Source of the DNA: Alkalilimnicola ehrlichii MLHE-1
GTDB lineage: Bacteria; Pseudomonadota; Gammaproteobacteria; Nitrococcales; Halorhodospiraceae
NCBI RefSeq assembly: GCF_000014785.1
Contig: NC_008340.1
Span: 2,520,001 to 2,552,000, forward strand
DNA: 32,000 nt
Direction: 5' to 3'
Shown here: one piece after another, positions 12,790 through 22,377 of the stretch
Numbering within the stretch: the stretch's first letter is position 1
Layout of the letters: each line of letters opens with the position of its first letter
The notes under the pieces: generated by a model
The model's database searches: none
Seen by the model: only the letters and a program-made list of their open reading frames with translations
What the model was told of the DNA's origin: nothing
Position numbers and translations under genes: made by a program

Positions 12790-14295
12790 ATGAAACAATC
12801 GCTGCAACTTCGACTCGGGCAGCAACTCACTATGACGCCACAGCTGCAACAGGCCATCCGCCTGCTGCAGCTCTCCACCCTGGATCTGCAGATGGAGATC
12901 CAGCAGCAGCTCGAGTCCAACGTCATGCTGGAACTCGCCGAAGAGGACCAGCAGGAGACCGAACAGCGCACCGAAGAGGGCGAGACCCAGGACACGGAGG
13001 GCGAGCGCGGGGACGAGGCCAGCACCGAGGAGGCCACCGAGGCCGGGACCGCGGGCGAGGAGACCGCCGCCCAGGAGCAGGCCGACATCCCCGAGGACCT
13101 GCCGCTGGACTCCAATTGGGATGACATCTACGACGGCAGCACCCCCTGGAGCCAGCCGGACAGCGAGGACGAGGACCGCGACCCCTACGCCAACCGCTCC
13201 GGTGGCGGTGAAACCCTGCACGACCACCTGACCTGGCAGGCGGAGCTCACCCCCTTCACCGATCGGGACGCGGCCATCGCACAGGTCATCATCGACTCCG
13301 TGCGCGACGACGGCTACCTGGGCGCCGGCATCGAGGAGTTGATCTCCGCCCTGCCGGCGGAGTGGGCCGTGGAGCCCGATGAGGTCGAGGCGGTGCTCCG
13401 GCGCATCCAGCACTTCGACCCGGTGGGCGTGGCCGCCCGCGATCCGCGTGAGGCGCTGCTCATCCAGCTCGAGCAGCTGCCGCCGGACACCCCACTGCTG
13501 CCCGAGGCCCGGCGCCTGGTGGATCTGCACCTGGACATGCTGGTACAGCGCCAGTACGCCCAACTCTGTCGGCGCATGAAGCTCAATCAGGACCAGCTTC
13601 GCGAGGTCCTGGGCCTGATCCAGACCCTCGATCCGCGGCCGGGCTCGCAAATCGGTGGCGACGAGACCCAGTACGTGGTCCCCGACGTGGTGGTCCGGCG
13701 CAGCGACGGCCGCTGGCAGGTGGAGCTCAATCCCGCGACCGCCCCCCGGCTGCGGGTCAACAGCTATTACGCCAGCCTGATCAAACGCGCCGACAACAGC
13801 AGCGACAACACCACCCTGCGCAACCACCTGCAGGAGGCGCGCTGGTTCATCAAGAGCCTGCTTAGCCGCAACGACACCCTGCTCAAGGTCGCCCGCTGCA
13901 TCGTCGAGCGCCAGCAGGGCTACTTCGACCACGGCGAAGAGGCCATGCAGCCGTTGGTCCTGCGCGAGGTGGCCGAGGCGGTGGACATGCACGAGTCCAC
14001 CATCTCCCGGATCACCACCCGCAAGTACATGCACACCCCGCGGGGCACCCTGGAGTTCAAGTACTTCTTCTCCAGCCATGTGCAGACGGTGGACGGCGGC
14101 GAGTGCTCCGCCACCGCCATCCGTGCCCGCATCCGGCGTCTGATCGCCGATGAGAACCCCACCAAACCACTCAGTGACAGTCGTATTGCCAATATCCTCC
14201 AGGAGGAGGGCATAAACGTGGCAAGACGGACCGTAGCCAAGTATCGTGAGGCTATGGCCATCGCGTCCTCGTCAGAGCGCAAGCGACTGGCCTGA
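12790..14295 (+). CDS. rpoN: RNA polymerase sigma-54 factor
   Basis: [48 protein letters not shown] at the N-terminus and the RpoN box [22 protein letters not shown] at the C-terminus. The longer GTG start at 12676 in the ORF track is unlikely. Confidence 0.97.
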   Translation: MKQSLQLRLGQQLTMTPQLQQAIRLLQLSTLDLQMEIQQQLESNVMLELAEEDQQETEQRTEEGETQDTEGERGDEASTEEATEAGTAGEETAAQEQADIPEDLPLDSNWDDIYDGSTPWSQPDSEDEDRDPYANRSGGGETLHDHLTWQAELTPFTDRDAAIAQVIIDSVRDDGYLGAGIEELISALPAEWAVEPDEVEAVLRRIQHFDPVGVAARDPREALLIQLEQLPPDTPLLPEARRLVDLHLDMLVQRQYAQLCRRMKLNQDQLREVLGLIQTLDPRPGSQIGGDETQYVVPDVVVRRSDGRWQVELNPATAPRLRVNSYYASLIKRADNSSDNTTLRNHLQEARWFIKSLLSRNDTLLKVARCIVERQQGYFDHGEEAMQPLVLREVAEAVDMHESTISRITTRKYMHTPRGTLEFKYFFSSHVQTVDGGECSATAIRARIRRLIADENPTKPLSDSRIANILQEEGINVARRTVAKYREAMAIASSSERKRLA

Positions 14296-14319
14296 ATCGC
14301 AACGTTGAAAGGAGGCGGC

Positions 14320-14661
14320 ATGCAAATACAGATCACCGGTCACCACGTGGATGTCACGGATGCCCTGAAGGCCTATGTACGGGAGAAATTCCAGCGCCTG
14401 GAGCGCCATTTCGATAACGTGGTGGACAGCCACGTGATCCTCTCGGTGGAAAAACTCCGGCAGAAGGCCGAGGCCAATCTGCTGATCAGCGGCAACCGGC
14501 TGCACGCGGAGACCACCGACGAAGACATGTACGCCGCCATCGACGGCATGATCGACAAGCTTGACCGCCAATTGGTCAAGCACAAGGAGAAGGTCACCGA
14601 CCACCACCGCCGCGAGGGGGCTGCTCAGAAGGCGGGAGCGGGCGCAGGGGCCGCGGAGTAG
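14320..14661 (+). CDS. hpf: Ribosome hibernation promoting factor, short form
   Basis: MQIQITGHHVDVTDALKAYVREKFQRLERHFDNVVDSHVILSVEK. Preceded by AAAGGAGG, immediately after rpoN. Confidence 0.93.
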   Translation: MQIQITGHHVDVTDALKAYVREKFQRLERHFDNVVDSHVILSVEKLRQKAEANLLISGNRLHAETTDEDMYAAIDGMIDKLDRQLVKHKEKVTDHHRREGAAQKAGAGAGAAE

Positions 14662-14721
14662 ACACTCAACCATCGGCCGGTGACCGCCGTCGCGGTCACC
14701 GGCCCCGGGCTGAACGACACC

Positions 14722-15192
14722 ATGAAAATCGCCGAACTCATCACTCCGGACCGCATCCGTTGCGACGCCGAGGTCAGCAGCAAGAAGCGCGTGCTGGAAC
14801 AACTCAGCGACCTGCTGACTGCGGATGACACCACACTGGCCTCCACCCAGGTCTTCGACCGGCTGGTGGCGCGGGAACGGCTGGGCAGCACCGGCCTGGG
14901 CCACGGCGTTGCCCTGCCCCACGCCCGCATGGAGGGCATCGAGCAGGCGCGGGGTGCCATGATCCGCCTCGACCAGGGGGTGGACTTCGACGCCTTCGAC
15001 CGGGAGCCGGTGGATCTGCTGTTTGCGCTGGTGGTCCCCGAGCACTTCACCGACGAGCATCTGCAGATCCTCGCCGACCTGGCGGAGATGTTCAGCGACA
15101 GCGGCCTGTGCGAACAGCTTCGCGCCACCACAGACCCCACACGCCTGCACCGGCTGCTATCGGAGTGGCAGGGCAGCGAAACGGCCGGCTAA
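14722..15192 (+). CDS. ptsN: PTS IIA-like nitrogen-regulatory protein
   Basis: ORF 14680..15192 with likely start MKIAELITPDRIRC. EIIA-Ntr active-site context GLGHGVALPHARMEGI. Confidence 0.93.
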   Translation: MKIAELITPDRIRCDAEVSSKKRVLEQLSDLLTADDTTLASTQVFDRLVARERLGSTGLGHGVALPHARMEGIEQARGAMIRLDQGVDFDAFDREPVDLLFALVVPEHFTDEHLQILADLAEMFSDSGLCEQLRATTDPTRLHRLLSEWQGSETAG

Positions 15193-15237
15193 CACCGACC
15201 GCCCCGAGCGGCGGTCGGTGGGCGGAGCACCATCTTC

Positions 15238-16104
15238 ATGAAGAGCATCCGGTTGATCATCATCAGCGGCCTGTCCGGGTCGGGGAAGAGCGTGGCCCTG
15301 CACACGCTCGAGGACCAGGGCTGGTACTGCATCGACAACCTGCCCATTGGGTTGCTCAGCGCCTTCGCCCGACACGTCAATGACACCTGCCCCGCCGGCG
15401 GCGGCCGCTACGCCGTGGGTATCGACGCCCGCAACCGCCCGGAGGACCTGGACCGCATCCCGGCGATCCTGGACGAGCTGCAGGCACTGGGCCTGAACAG
15501 CGAGGTGCTCTTTCTATTTGCCAGCCGCGAGACCCTGATCACCCGGTTCAGTGAGACCCGCCGGCGCCACCCGCTCAGCGACGGTGACGCCGCGCTGGCC
15601 GACGCCATCGCCCGCGAGGAGGCTCTGCTGGCACCACTGCGGGCGCGCGCCGACCTCACCCTGGATACCAGCAACACCAACGTGCACCAGCTTCGCGACC
15701 TGGTCCGCGAGCGGATCGAGCACGACCCCGGGCGGCTGTCGCTGCTGTTCCAGTCGTTCGGCTACAAGCACGGCATCCCGCCGGATGCCGACTACGTCTT
15801 TGACGCCCGCTGCCTGCCCAACCCCCACTGGGAGCCGCGGCTGCGGCCGCTGACCGGACTGGACGCCCCGGTCCAGCACTACCTGGAGGCTCAGCCCGAG
15901 GTGGCGGAGCTGACCGGGCAGATCGAGGCGCTGATCGCCACCTGGCTGCCCGCCTTCCGGAAGGCGGCGCGCAGTTACGTCACCGTGGCCATCGGCTGTA
16001 CCGGGGGGCAGCACCGCTCGGTCTACCTGGCCGAGCAACTGGCCGGGCGCTTTGCAACCGGCATGGATGCCATCAGCGTACGTCACAGGGAGCTCAACCG
16101 TTGA
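15238..16104 (+). CDS. rapZ: RNase adapter protein RapZ
   Basis: 288-aa ORF with P-loop LIIISGLSGSGKSVALHTLEDQGWYCIDNLP and C-terminal YVTVAIGCTGGQHRSVYLAEQLA. Confidence 0.97.
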   Translation: MKSIRLIIISGLSGSGKSVALHTLEDQGWYCIDNLPIGLLSAFARHVNDTCPAGGGRYAVGIDARNRPEDLDRIPAILDELQALGLNSEVLFLFASRETLITRFSETRRRHPLSDGDAALADAIAREEALLAPLRARADLTLDTSNTNVHQLRDLVRERIEHDPGRLSLLFQSFGYKHGIPPDADYVFDARCLPNPHWEPRLRPLTGLDAPVQHYLEAQPEVAELTGQIEALIATWLPAFRKAARSYVTVAIGCTGGQHRSVYLAEQLAGRFATGMDAISVRHRELNR

Positions 16105-16460
16105 ATTGCCAATCCGAGGAACACCCGCAACCCAACCAAGGACCCACCGCCGTGGCCAGCCAGGCAATGGACATCGTGAACACACTCGGGCTGCATGCCC
16201 GTGCCGCCGGCAAATTTTCCGCCCTGGCCGCAGAGTTCCCGTGCCAAATCCGGGTCACCCGCGGTCAACGCACGGTGGATGGCAAAAGCGTGATGGGGCT
16301 GATGATGCTGGCCGCCGGCTGCGGCAGCCAGATCCTGGTGGAGGCCGAGGGGGACCAGGCCGAGGAGGCGCTGGCCGCCCTCAGCCGCCTGGTGGCCAAT
16401 GGCTTCGACGAAGGCCCCGGTGCGCCGAGCCCCCACCCGGGCGATAAAGGCGACGACTAG
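16101..16460 (+). CDS. HPr-family phosphocarrier protein (NPr-like)
   Basis: HPr motif VNTLGLHARAAGKFSALAAEFPCQIRV and KSVMGLMMLAAGCGSQILVEAEG. The true start may be MDIVNT at 16167. Follows ptsN-rapZ. Confidence 0.88.
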   Translation: MNCQSEEHPQPNQGPTAVASQAMDIVNTLGLHARAAGKFSALAAEFPCQIRVTRGQRTVDGKSVMGLMMLAAGCGSQILVEAEGDQAEEALAALSRLVANGFDEGPGAPSPHPGDKGDD

Positions 16461-16559
16461 TCCACAACACCGCGCCCGACAGCCATAATAGAGGGAGGCG
16501 GGCACTGCCCCATACGGGACCGCCGACACGAGAGTCCATCAGCAGATTCGGGGAACGTT

Positions 16560-16928
16560 ATGCAATTGAAGGAGTTGGTCGAAAGCTGGGAAGAGACGGC
16601 CGGCGAGCGCCGCACCCCCCACGAGTACGCGGTGCGCCTGCCCCTGGCTGACGCCGCCAAGCTGGCGGCACTGGCGGAGATGTATCCGGGGCGCTCCGAG
16701 GAGGACCTGATCACCGACCTGCTCAGCGCGGCGCTGGATGAACTTGAGGCCACCTTCCCGTACGTCCAGGGCCAGCGGGTGATCGCCGAGGACGAACAGG
16801 GCGACCCCATCTACGAGGATGCCGGGCTCACGCCGCGCTTCAAGGCACTGACACGGCGCAAGCTGCAGGCGCTGCGCGCCAGCGTCGAGGCGGACGAGGC
16901 CCCCGCCCCCAGTCGGGAAACCGGCTGA
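16560..16928 (+). CDS. Small conserved acidic protein, possibly homologous to proteins annotated 'pilin assembly protein'
   Basis: 122-aa ORF MQLKELVESWEETAGERRTPHEYAVRLPLADAAKLAALAEMYPGRSEEDLITDLLSAALDELEATFPYVQG... The homology label is from memory and is not verified. Confidence 0.7.
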   Translation: MQLKELVESWEETAGERRTPHEYAVRLPLADAAKLAALAEMYPGRSEEDLITDLLSAALDELEATFPYVQGQRVIAEDEQGDPIYEDAGLTPRFKALTRRKLQALRASVEADEAPAPSRETG

Positions 16929-16971
16929 GGGCGCCAGGCGCCGGCTGCGGGCGCCCCAGGCGGTGGCGCTC

Positions 16972-18120
16972 TCAGCCTCCGGCGCCCGCTTGCAGCCGCT
17001 CACGGGCGCTCAGGGCCCGCCGCGCCGCGTCATCGCGGTCCTCACCGAAGGCAGTGACGTGGCCCATCTTCCGCCCCGGCTTGGCCTCGGCCTTGCCGTA
17101 GAGGTGGAGCTTGACCTCCGGGTCCTTGAGCGCCGCGGCCCAATCCGGCTCGCCATCGCCCCAGAGATCCCCCAGCAAGTTCACCATGGCCGCCGGCCGC
17201 AGCAATCGGCTGTCCCCCAAGGGCAGCCCGCAAAGGGCGCGCACCTGCTGCTCAAACTGGCTGGTCATCGCCGCATCGAAGGTCAGGTGGCCGGAGTTAT
17301 GGGGGCGCGGGGCCAGCTCATTGACCAGCAGCCGTCCGTCACTGGCGACAAAAAACTCCACGCAGAGCACCCCGACCACATCCAGCGCCTCGAGGATGCC
17401 GCGGGTGACATCCTCCGCCTGCTCACGAAGCTGCGGCCCCAGCGGGGCCTCCGGCAGGGTGAGATCGAGGATGTGATCACGGTGGCGGTTCTCCAGCACG
17501 CCGTAGTGGGTGAAGCTGCCGTCCAAGCCGCGGGCGGCCACCATCGAGACCTCCATGTGGAAATCCACGAAGGCCTCCAGCACCGCCGCCTGCCCCCCGA
17601 TCGCCGCCCACGCCCAGGCGGCCTCGGAAGGCTCCCGAATCAACGCTTGGCCTTTGCCGTCATAGCCAAAGCCGGCGGTCTTCAGCACCGCGGGCGTGCC
17701 CACCCGTTCGAGGGCGGCAGCCAGTTCCTCCTCCCGCTCCACGGTGGCAAAGGCCCCCACCGGAAAGCCCTGCTCGCTCAGCCAAGTCTTTTCCCGCCAA
17801 CGGTTCTGGGCCACGTGCAGCACCGTATGGTGGGGGCGGACCGGGACGTACCCGGCCAGCAGATCACCGGCCTCGGCCGGCACATTCTCGAACTCAAAGG
17901 TGACCCCATCCACCCGGCGGGCAAAGTCACGCAGGGCCTGCTCATCGCGGTAGTCGGCGGTCACCTCGATGTCGCAGACCTGTCCGGCGGGACTGTCCCG
18001 GCCCGGGCCGAAGCACGCCACCCGATAGCCCATGCGACGCGCGGCCAGGGCGAACATCCGGCCCAACTGGCCGTTGCCCAGCACCCCCAGGGTGGCCCCC
18101 GGCAACAGTATCTTGCTCAT
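16972..18120 (-). CDS. purK: N5-carboxyaminoimidazole ribonucleotide synthase
   Basis: 382-aa ATP-grasp ORF: [33 protein letters not shown]..., [36 protein letters not shown]. Confidence 0.96.
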   Translation of the reverse strand: MSKILLPGATLGVLGNGQLGRMFALAARRMGYRVACFGPGRDSPAGQVCDIEVTADYRDEQALRDFARRVDGVTFEFENVPAEAGDLLAGYVPVRPHHTVLHVAQNRWREKTWLSEQGFPVGAFATVEREEELAAALERVGTPAVLKTAGFGYDGKGQALIREPSEAAWAWAAIGGQAAVLEAFVDFHMEVSMVAARGLDGSFTHYGVLENRHRDHILDLTLPEAPLGPQLREQAEDVTRGILEALDVVGVLCVEFFVASDGRLLVNELAPRPHNSGHLTFDAAMTSQFEQQVRALCGLPLGDSRLLRPAAMVNLLGDLWGDGEPDWAAALKDPEVKLHLYGKAEAKPGRKMGHVTAFGEDRDDAARRALSARERLQAGAGG

Positions 18121-18611
18121 TGCGGCAGCTCGTCCTCCAGAACCTTTTGTGCCTGGCGCTCGCGGAAGGCACGCAACCGCTCGCGCAGGCCGGCATCCTC
18201 GTTGGCCAGGATACTGCAGGCCAGCAGGCCGGCATTGCGTGCCCCGGCGCTGCCGATGGCCAGAGTAGCCACTGGCACGCCGCCCGGCATCTGCACAATG
18301 GAGAGCAGCGAGTCCAACCCCTTCAGCGCGCGGCTCTGTACCGGCACGCCCAGCACCGGCACGGTGGTCATGGCCGCCACCATGCCCGGCAGGTGGGCGG
18401 CGCCGCCGGCACCGGCGATAATCGCCTTCAGGCCACGCTCCTCGGCCTGGTGCGCATAGTCACGCATCAACTCCGGGGTGCGGTGCGCGGACACAATCCG
18501 GGCCTCATAAGGCACCTGGAAGTCGTCCAGAACCTGGCAGGCCTCCGACATGGTCTCCCAGTCCGAGCGACTGCCCATGATGACGCCCACCAACGGCTGC
18601 GACTCGCTCAT
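18117..18611 (-). CDS. purE: N5-carboxyaminoimidazole ribonucleotide mutase
   Basis: 164-aa ORF: [71 protein letters not shown]. 4-nt overlap with purK. Confidence 0.97.
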   Translation of the reverse strand: MSESQPLVGVIMGSRSDWETMSEACQVLDDFQVPYEARIVSAHRTPELMRDYAHQAEERGLKAIIAGAGGAAHLPGMVAAMTTVPVLGVPVQSRALKGLDSLLSIVQMPGGVPVATLAIGSAGARNAGLLACSILANEDAGLRERLRAFRERQAQKVLEDELPQ

Positions 18612-18718
18612 CCTGCTTATCCCTCCGGTGAAAAACGGGGCAGTATAGCAGTTGTCAATGACGAGGACAGCTTTGTGCTAACCTGGGAGGGTACAGGGTA
18701 TTACCGCCGGAGGTGGCC

Positions 18719-18955
18719 ATGGACATCAACAACGCCTTCAACAGCGGCCTGCAGGGCGTCTACGCCGCGCAGTCCGGCCTGGAGCGCAGCGCCCTGGCCG
18801 TGGCCCGGGAGACCGCCCGGACGGCCGACGGTGCCGAGGACATCAACACCGCCCTGGTGCAATCGCTCAGCTACCAGCGCCAGGGCGAGGCCTCGGTGCG
18901 GGTGGTCCAGGCCGCCGACGAACTGCTGGGCACCCTGCTCAACGAACGCGCCTGA
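18719..18955 (+). CDS. Very small protein resembling the fused N- and C-terminal ends of axial flagellar rod/hook proteins (FlgE/F/G-like)
   Basis: 78 aa: MDINNAFNSGLQGVYAAQSGLERSALAVARETARTADGAEDINTALVQSLSYQRQGEASVRVVQAADELLGTLLNERA. GGAGG upstream. N-terminal 'SGLqGvyAAQsGLerSA' and C-terminal 'slsYQrqgeAsVrVvqaADElLgtLLn' patterns. Confidence 0.75.
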   Translation: MDINNAFNSGLQGVYAAQSGLERSALAVARETARTADGAEDINTALVQSLSYQRQGEASVRVVQAADELLGTLLNERA

Positions 18956-19019
18956 CCCCGCTCCCGCTCCGCCCCATTAGTGCCCCCGAACCGAACACGT
19001 TGGCAGGCGGCCCTTAGGG

Positions 19020-19530
19020 CTGTGGATCGCCGCGTCGCTTCGCTCCTCGCGATGACGGGGGTGAGGCCCCCACCGTCACTGCGAGGAGGCGAAGCCGACG
19101 TGGCAGTCTACCGCCCTGGATCGCCACGGGCCTTCGGCCCTCGCGATGACGAGGGGAAAGCCTTCGGCCCTCGCGATGACGGGGAGGAAGCCTTCGGCCC
19201 TCGCGATGACGGGGAGGAAGCCTTCGGCCCTCTTGATGAACTTGGCCAGACGCTGCGGGCGCCCCCTACCCTCACTGCGAACGCGGACCCACCCCCACCG
19301 TCACTGCGAGGAGGCGAAGCCGACGCGGCAGTCTACCCCTCTGGATCGCCACGGGCCTTCGGCCCTCGCGATGACGGGGAGAAAGCCTTCGGCCCTCGCG
19401 ATGACCGGGGGTGCCCCGTTCCTCGTTGATTCGCGCCCGCGCAGCGGGGAGGGGGGCTCGCGATGACGGGGGTGCCCCGTTCCTCGCTGATTCGCGCCCG
19501 CGCAGCGGGGCGGGGGGCTCACGATGACGG
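19020..19530. repeat. Intergenic repeat cluster: partial copies of the same dispersed repeat family as 22378-23680, plus 30-bp and 61/62-bp tandem sub-repeats
   Basis: Repeated GTCACTGCGAGGAGGCGAAGCCGACG(T/C)GGCAGTCTACC...TGGATCGCCACGGGCCTTCGGCCCTCGCGATGACG at about 19075 and 19305. CCTTCGGCCC recurs every 30 bp (19131, 19161, 19191, 19221). The block ATGACSGGGGTGCCCCGTTCCTCGYTGATTCGCGCCCGCGCAGCGGGG occurs at 19401 and 19463. Confidence 0.9.
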
Positions 19531-19548
19531 GACGATCCGCCCCGACAG

Positions 19549-19572
19549 GGCCGGCGGCGTAAGCCGCCGGCC
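19549..19572. other. Perfect 10-bp stem hairpin directly downstream of phaC (possible transcription terminator or mRNA 3' end structure, without U-tract)
   Basis: GGCCGGCGGC-gtaa-GCCGCCGGCC in the phaC 3' flank. Confidence 0.5.
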
Positions 19573-19584
19573 AGCCCCGAGCGC

Positions 19585-21393
19585 TCATTTCGGGTCGTCG
19601 TGACGCTCCTTGACGTAGCTGCCGGGGGCGTCCTCGATAGGCGGGTGCTGCTCGCTGCCCAACTGCTGCGGCGCCTCGACCTTGGCACCGCCCTTATGGG
19701 CCAGCCACTTGCCCCAGTCGTTCCACCAGGACCCCTCAAAGTGCTTGGCGCTCTCCAGCCACTCGTCCTGATCCACCGTCTTCTTGGTGGAGGTCCAGTA
19801 GCCGTATTTATTCCGCGACGGCGGGTTGATGACCCCGGCGATGTGGCCGGAGCCGCCCAGCACATACTTAGTGGGCCCGGAAAGCAACTGCGGACCGCGG
19901 AGGGTGCTCTTCCAAGGGGCGATGTGGTCCTCCTTGGCCGACATGAAGTAGGCGGGCACCTTAATCTGGGACAGATCGATGGGTTCGCCGGCCAGGGTGA
20001 TGCCACCGGGCTGCTTGAGCAGGTTCTTCTGGTACATGTTGCGAAGATAGAAGCTGTGCATCTTCGCCGGCATGTTGGTGGCGTCGGAGTTCCAGTAGAG
20101 CAGGTCGAAGGGGAACGGCTCGTCACCCTTCAGGTAGTTGTTGACGAAGAACGACCAGATCAGGTCGTTGGCACGCAGCATGTTGAAGGTGGTGGCCATC
20201 TGCTGGCCCTCCAGATAGCCCTTGGCGCCCATCTTGCGCTCGAGCATCTGGATCTGCTCCTCGTCGATGAACACCTCCAGCTCCCCCGGATACTCGAAAT
20301 CGAGCATGCAGGTCAGGAAGGTGGCGGCCTTCACGCGGTCGTCGCCCTTGGCGGCCAGGTAGGCCAGGGTGCAGGCCAGCAGGGTGCCGCCCAGGCAGTA
20401 GCCCACGCAGCTCAACTCCCGGCTGCCGGTGATCTCGTTGACCGCATCCATGGCCGCCAGCGGCCCTTCAAGCATGTAGTCCTCGAAGGTCTTGTCCGCC
20501 TCCTTCTCCGTGGGGTTTTTCCACGAGATCATGAACACCTGGTGGCCCTGCTCCAGCAGCCACTTGACCATGGAGTTCTTGGGCGACAGGTCCATGATGT
20601 AGTACTTGTTGATCCAGGCCGGCGTCAGCAGCATGGGCCGCTTGTGGACCTTCTCGGTCTGCGGCTGGTACTGGATCAGCTGGATCAGGTCGTTCTGGTA
20701 GACCACCTTGCCCGGCGTGGTGGCGACGTTCTCGCCCACCTCGAAGGCGTCCAGGTCGGTCATACGGATGTTCAGCTTGCCACCGCCCCGGGACAGGTCC
20801 TCAAGCATGTTCTTGAGGCCCTTGATCAGGTTCTCACCCCGGGTTTCCAGGGTCTTCTCCAGCACCTCGGGGTTGGTCGCCACGAAGTTGGTGGGCGACA
20901 TGGCGTCGATGAAGGCGCGGGTGTAGAAATCGACCTTCTGCGCGGTGCGGTCGTCCAGGCCCTCGGTCTCCTTCACCGTGCGGTGCAGGTAGTCGGCGCT
21001 CAGCAGGTAAGACTGCTTGATAAAGTCGAACAGCGGGTTGTCCTCCCAGTGTTCGCTCTTGAACCGCCGGTCCCCCTTGGACGGGCTGACCACGGGGTCG
21101 GACTGGAACCCCCAGAAGCGCAGCGCGGAGTTCTGCATGAGAGTCGCATAGTCCTGCCAGAAGGCCATCTGCGACTGCCAGAGGCGCACCGGGTCGGCCA
21201 TCGCACGGGCGGCCCACTCCTGGAACGGCTTGCTCATGGCCAGAGCATCCTCCACCGAGATGTGGTGCTCGGTCTGCTCCTTGGCCAGGAAGTCGTTGAC
21301 CAGCTTCTGGCTGGTGGTTGCGATCTCCGACAGCGCTTCCGAGAGTTCGGACGTTTCCAGAGCGCCGGGCTCCGTGGGTTTATTGTTCGCCAT
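19585..21393 (-). CDS. phaC: Class I poly(3-hydroxyalkanoate) synthase
   Basis: ORF 19585..21486 with likely start MANNKPTEPGALETSELSE at 21393, preceded by GGGAGG. Lipase-like box SCVGYCLGGTLLACTLAYLAA and PWINKYYIMDLSPKNSMVKWLLEQGHQVFMISWKNP. Confidence 0.95.
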   Translation of the reverse strand: MANNKPTEPGALETSELSEALSEIATTSQKLVNDFLAKEQTEHHISVEDALAMSKPFQEWAARAMADPVRLWQSQMAFWQDYATLMQNSALRFWGFQSDPVVSPSKGDRRFKSEHWEDNPLFDFIKQSYLLSADYLHRTVKETEGLDDRTAQKVDFYTRAFIDAMSPTNFVATNPEVLEKTLETRGENLIKGLKNMLEDLSRGGGKLNIRMTDLDAFEVGENVATTPGKVVYQNDLIQLIQYQPQTEKVHKRPMLLTPAWINKYYIMDLSPKNSMVKWLLEQGHQVFMISWKNPTEKEADKTFEDYMLEGPLAAMDAVNEITGSRELSCVGYCLGGTLLACTLAYLAAKGDDRVKAATFLTCMLDFEYPGELEVFIDEEQIQMLERKMGAKGYLEGQQMATTFNMLRANDLIWSFFVNNYLKGDEPFPFDLLYWNSDATNMPAKMHSFYLRNMYQKNLLKQPGGITLAGEPIDLSQIKVPAYFMSAKEDHIAPWKSTLRGPQLLSGPTKYVLGGSGHIAGVINPPSRNKYGYWTSTKKTVDQDEWLESAKHFEGSWWNDWGKWLAHKGGAKVEAPQQLGSEQHPPIEDAPGSYVKERHDDPK

Positions 21394-21507
21394 GCATGCA
21401 CCTCCCAGGGCTGGGCGCCGCCGGTTTTTGGGCAGCGCTTCCAAAAGCGTTCGCGCATAGTACTGTAGTGGCCGGCGCAGCGACAAGAAACCGGGAGCCC
21501 GCTGTCA

Positions 21508-22302
21508 ATGATCAACCGCAACCACCGGCCATTACGGGGCGTCCTGAGCGACCCCGACGAGCCGGCAGCCGCCGCCGCCCTGGCCCACCGGCTCGACCTG
21601 CCGCTGCTCACCGAGCCCCCCGAGACGCCCGCCCTCTTTCTACACCATAGCCGCAACGGCCTGGCCCTGCGCAGCAGTGGGTCGAACGCGCCCGGCCCGA
21701 TACGGGTGAGCCTGGACGAGGGCCGGCAAGGCCAGCGCCTGCGCCAGGCCAGCCTGAAACGGGAGACGCTGGCCCGGGCCTGCGGGCTGCGCGGGGGGCG
21801 GTCGCTGCGCATCGTCGACGCCACCGCCGGCCTCGGTCGGGACGCCATGGTACTGGCCGCCCTCGGCGCACGGGTCACCCTGATAGAGCGCCACCCGGTG
21901 ATCGCCGCACTGCTGGCCGACGGCCTGCGCCGGGCGCGACGCAGCCATCCCGAGCTGGCCGCCCGCCTGCACCTGGTGGAGGCGGACAGCCTGCAGTGGC
22001 TGGCCGAGCTGACCCCGGCGGAACGGCCCGAGGTGATTTGTCTCGACCCGATGTACCCGGCCGGAAGCACGCGCGGCGCGGTCCGCAAGGACCTGCAGGC
22101 GCTGCGGGAGCTGCCCGACTGGCCGGGCCTGGCCCCGGTGGACGAGGTCGCCCTGCTCGCGCTCGCCCGCGCCAGCGCCACCGCCCGGGTGGTGGTCAAA
22201 CGCCCCGGGCGGGCCGCCCCACTGGCCGGCAAGGCACCGGACTGGCAACTGCCCGGGCGCAGCACCCGGTTCGATGTCTACCGGGGGCTCGCCGGGGATT
22301 AA
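21508..22302 (+). CDS. rsmJ: 16S rRNA (guanine(1516)-N(2))-methyltransferase
   Basis: 264-aa ORF: SLRIVDATAGLGRDAMVLAALGARVTLIERHPVIAALLADGLRRA, VICLDPMYP, KRPGRAAPLAGKAP. Confidence 0.93.
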   Translation: MINRNHRPLRGVLSDPDEPAAAAALAHRLDLPLLTEPPETPALFLHHSRNGLALRSSGSNAPGPIRVSLDEGRQGQRLRQASLKRETLARACGLRGGRSLRIVDATAGLGRDAMVLAALGARVTLIERHPVIAALLADGLRRARRSHPELAARLHLVEADSLQWLAELTPAERPEVICLDPMYPAGSTRGAVRKDLQALRELPDWPGLAPVDEVALLALARASATARVVVKRPGRAAPLAGKAPDWQLPGRSTRFDVYRGLAGD

Positions 22303-22377
22303 GGGTGCCGCGAAGGGCGCGCGATGACGGGGATGGGGGCGCCCCCACCGTCACTGCGAGCCCCCGACCCATCATCC

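Noticed and set aside
12742-14079. 445-aa minus-strand ORF opposite rpoN
   Set aside because: Antisense shadow ORF. rpoN is unambiguous on the plus strand.
16963-18459. 498-aa plus-strand ORF opposite purK/purE
   Set aside because: Antisense shadow ORF. purK and purE motifs are clear on the minus strand.
18980-20126. ORFs in the repeat cluster (18980..19429 +, 19146..19466 +, 19272..20126 -, 19301..19588 -)
   Set aside because: Their translations are repeats such as GRKPSALAMT or GPRDDGEEAF, created by the 30-bp repeat unit. No RBS or domain. Not supported as genes.
19600-21468. 622-aa plus-strand ORF opposite phaC
   Set aside because: Antisense shadow ORF with the typical His/Gly/Leu/Val-rich composition. 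phaC has catalytic motifs on the other strand.
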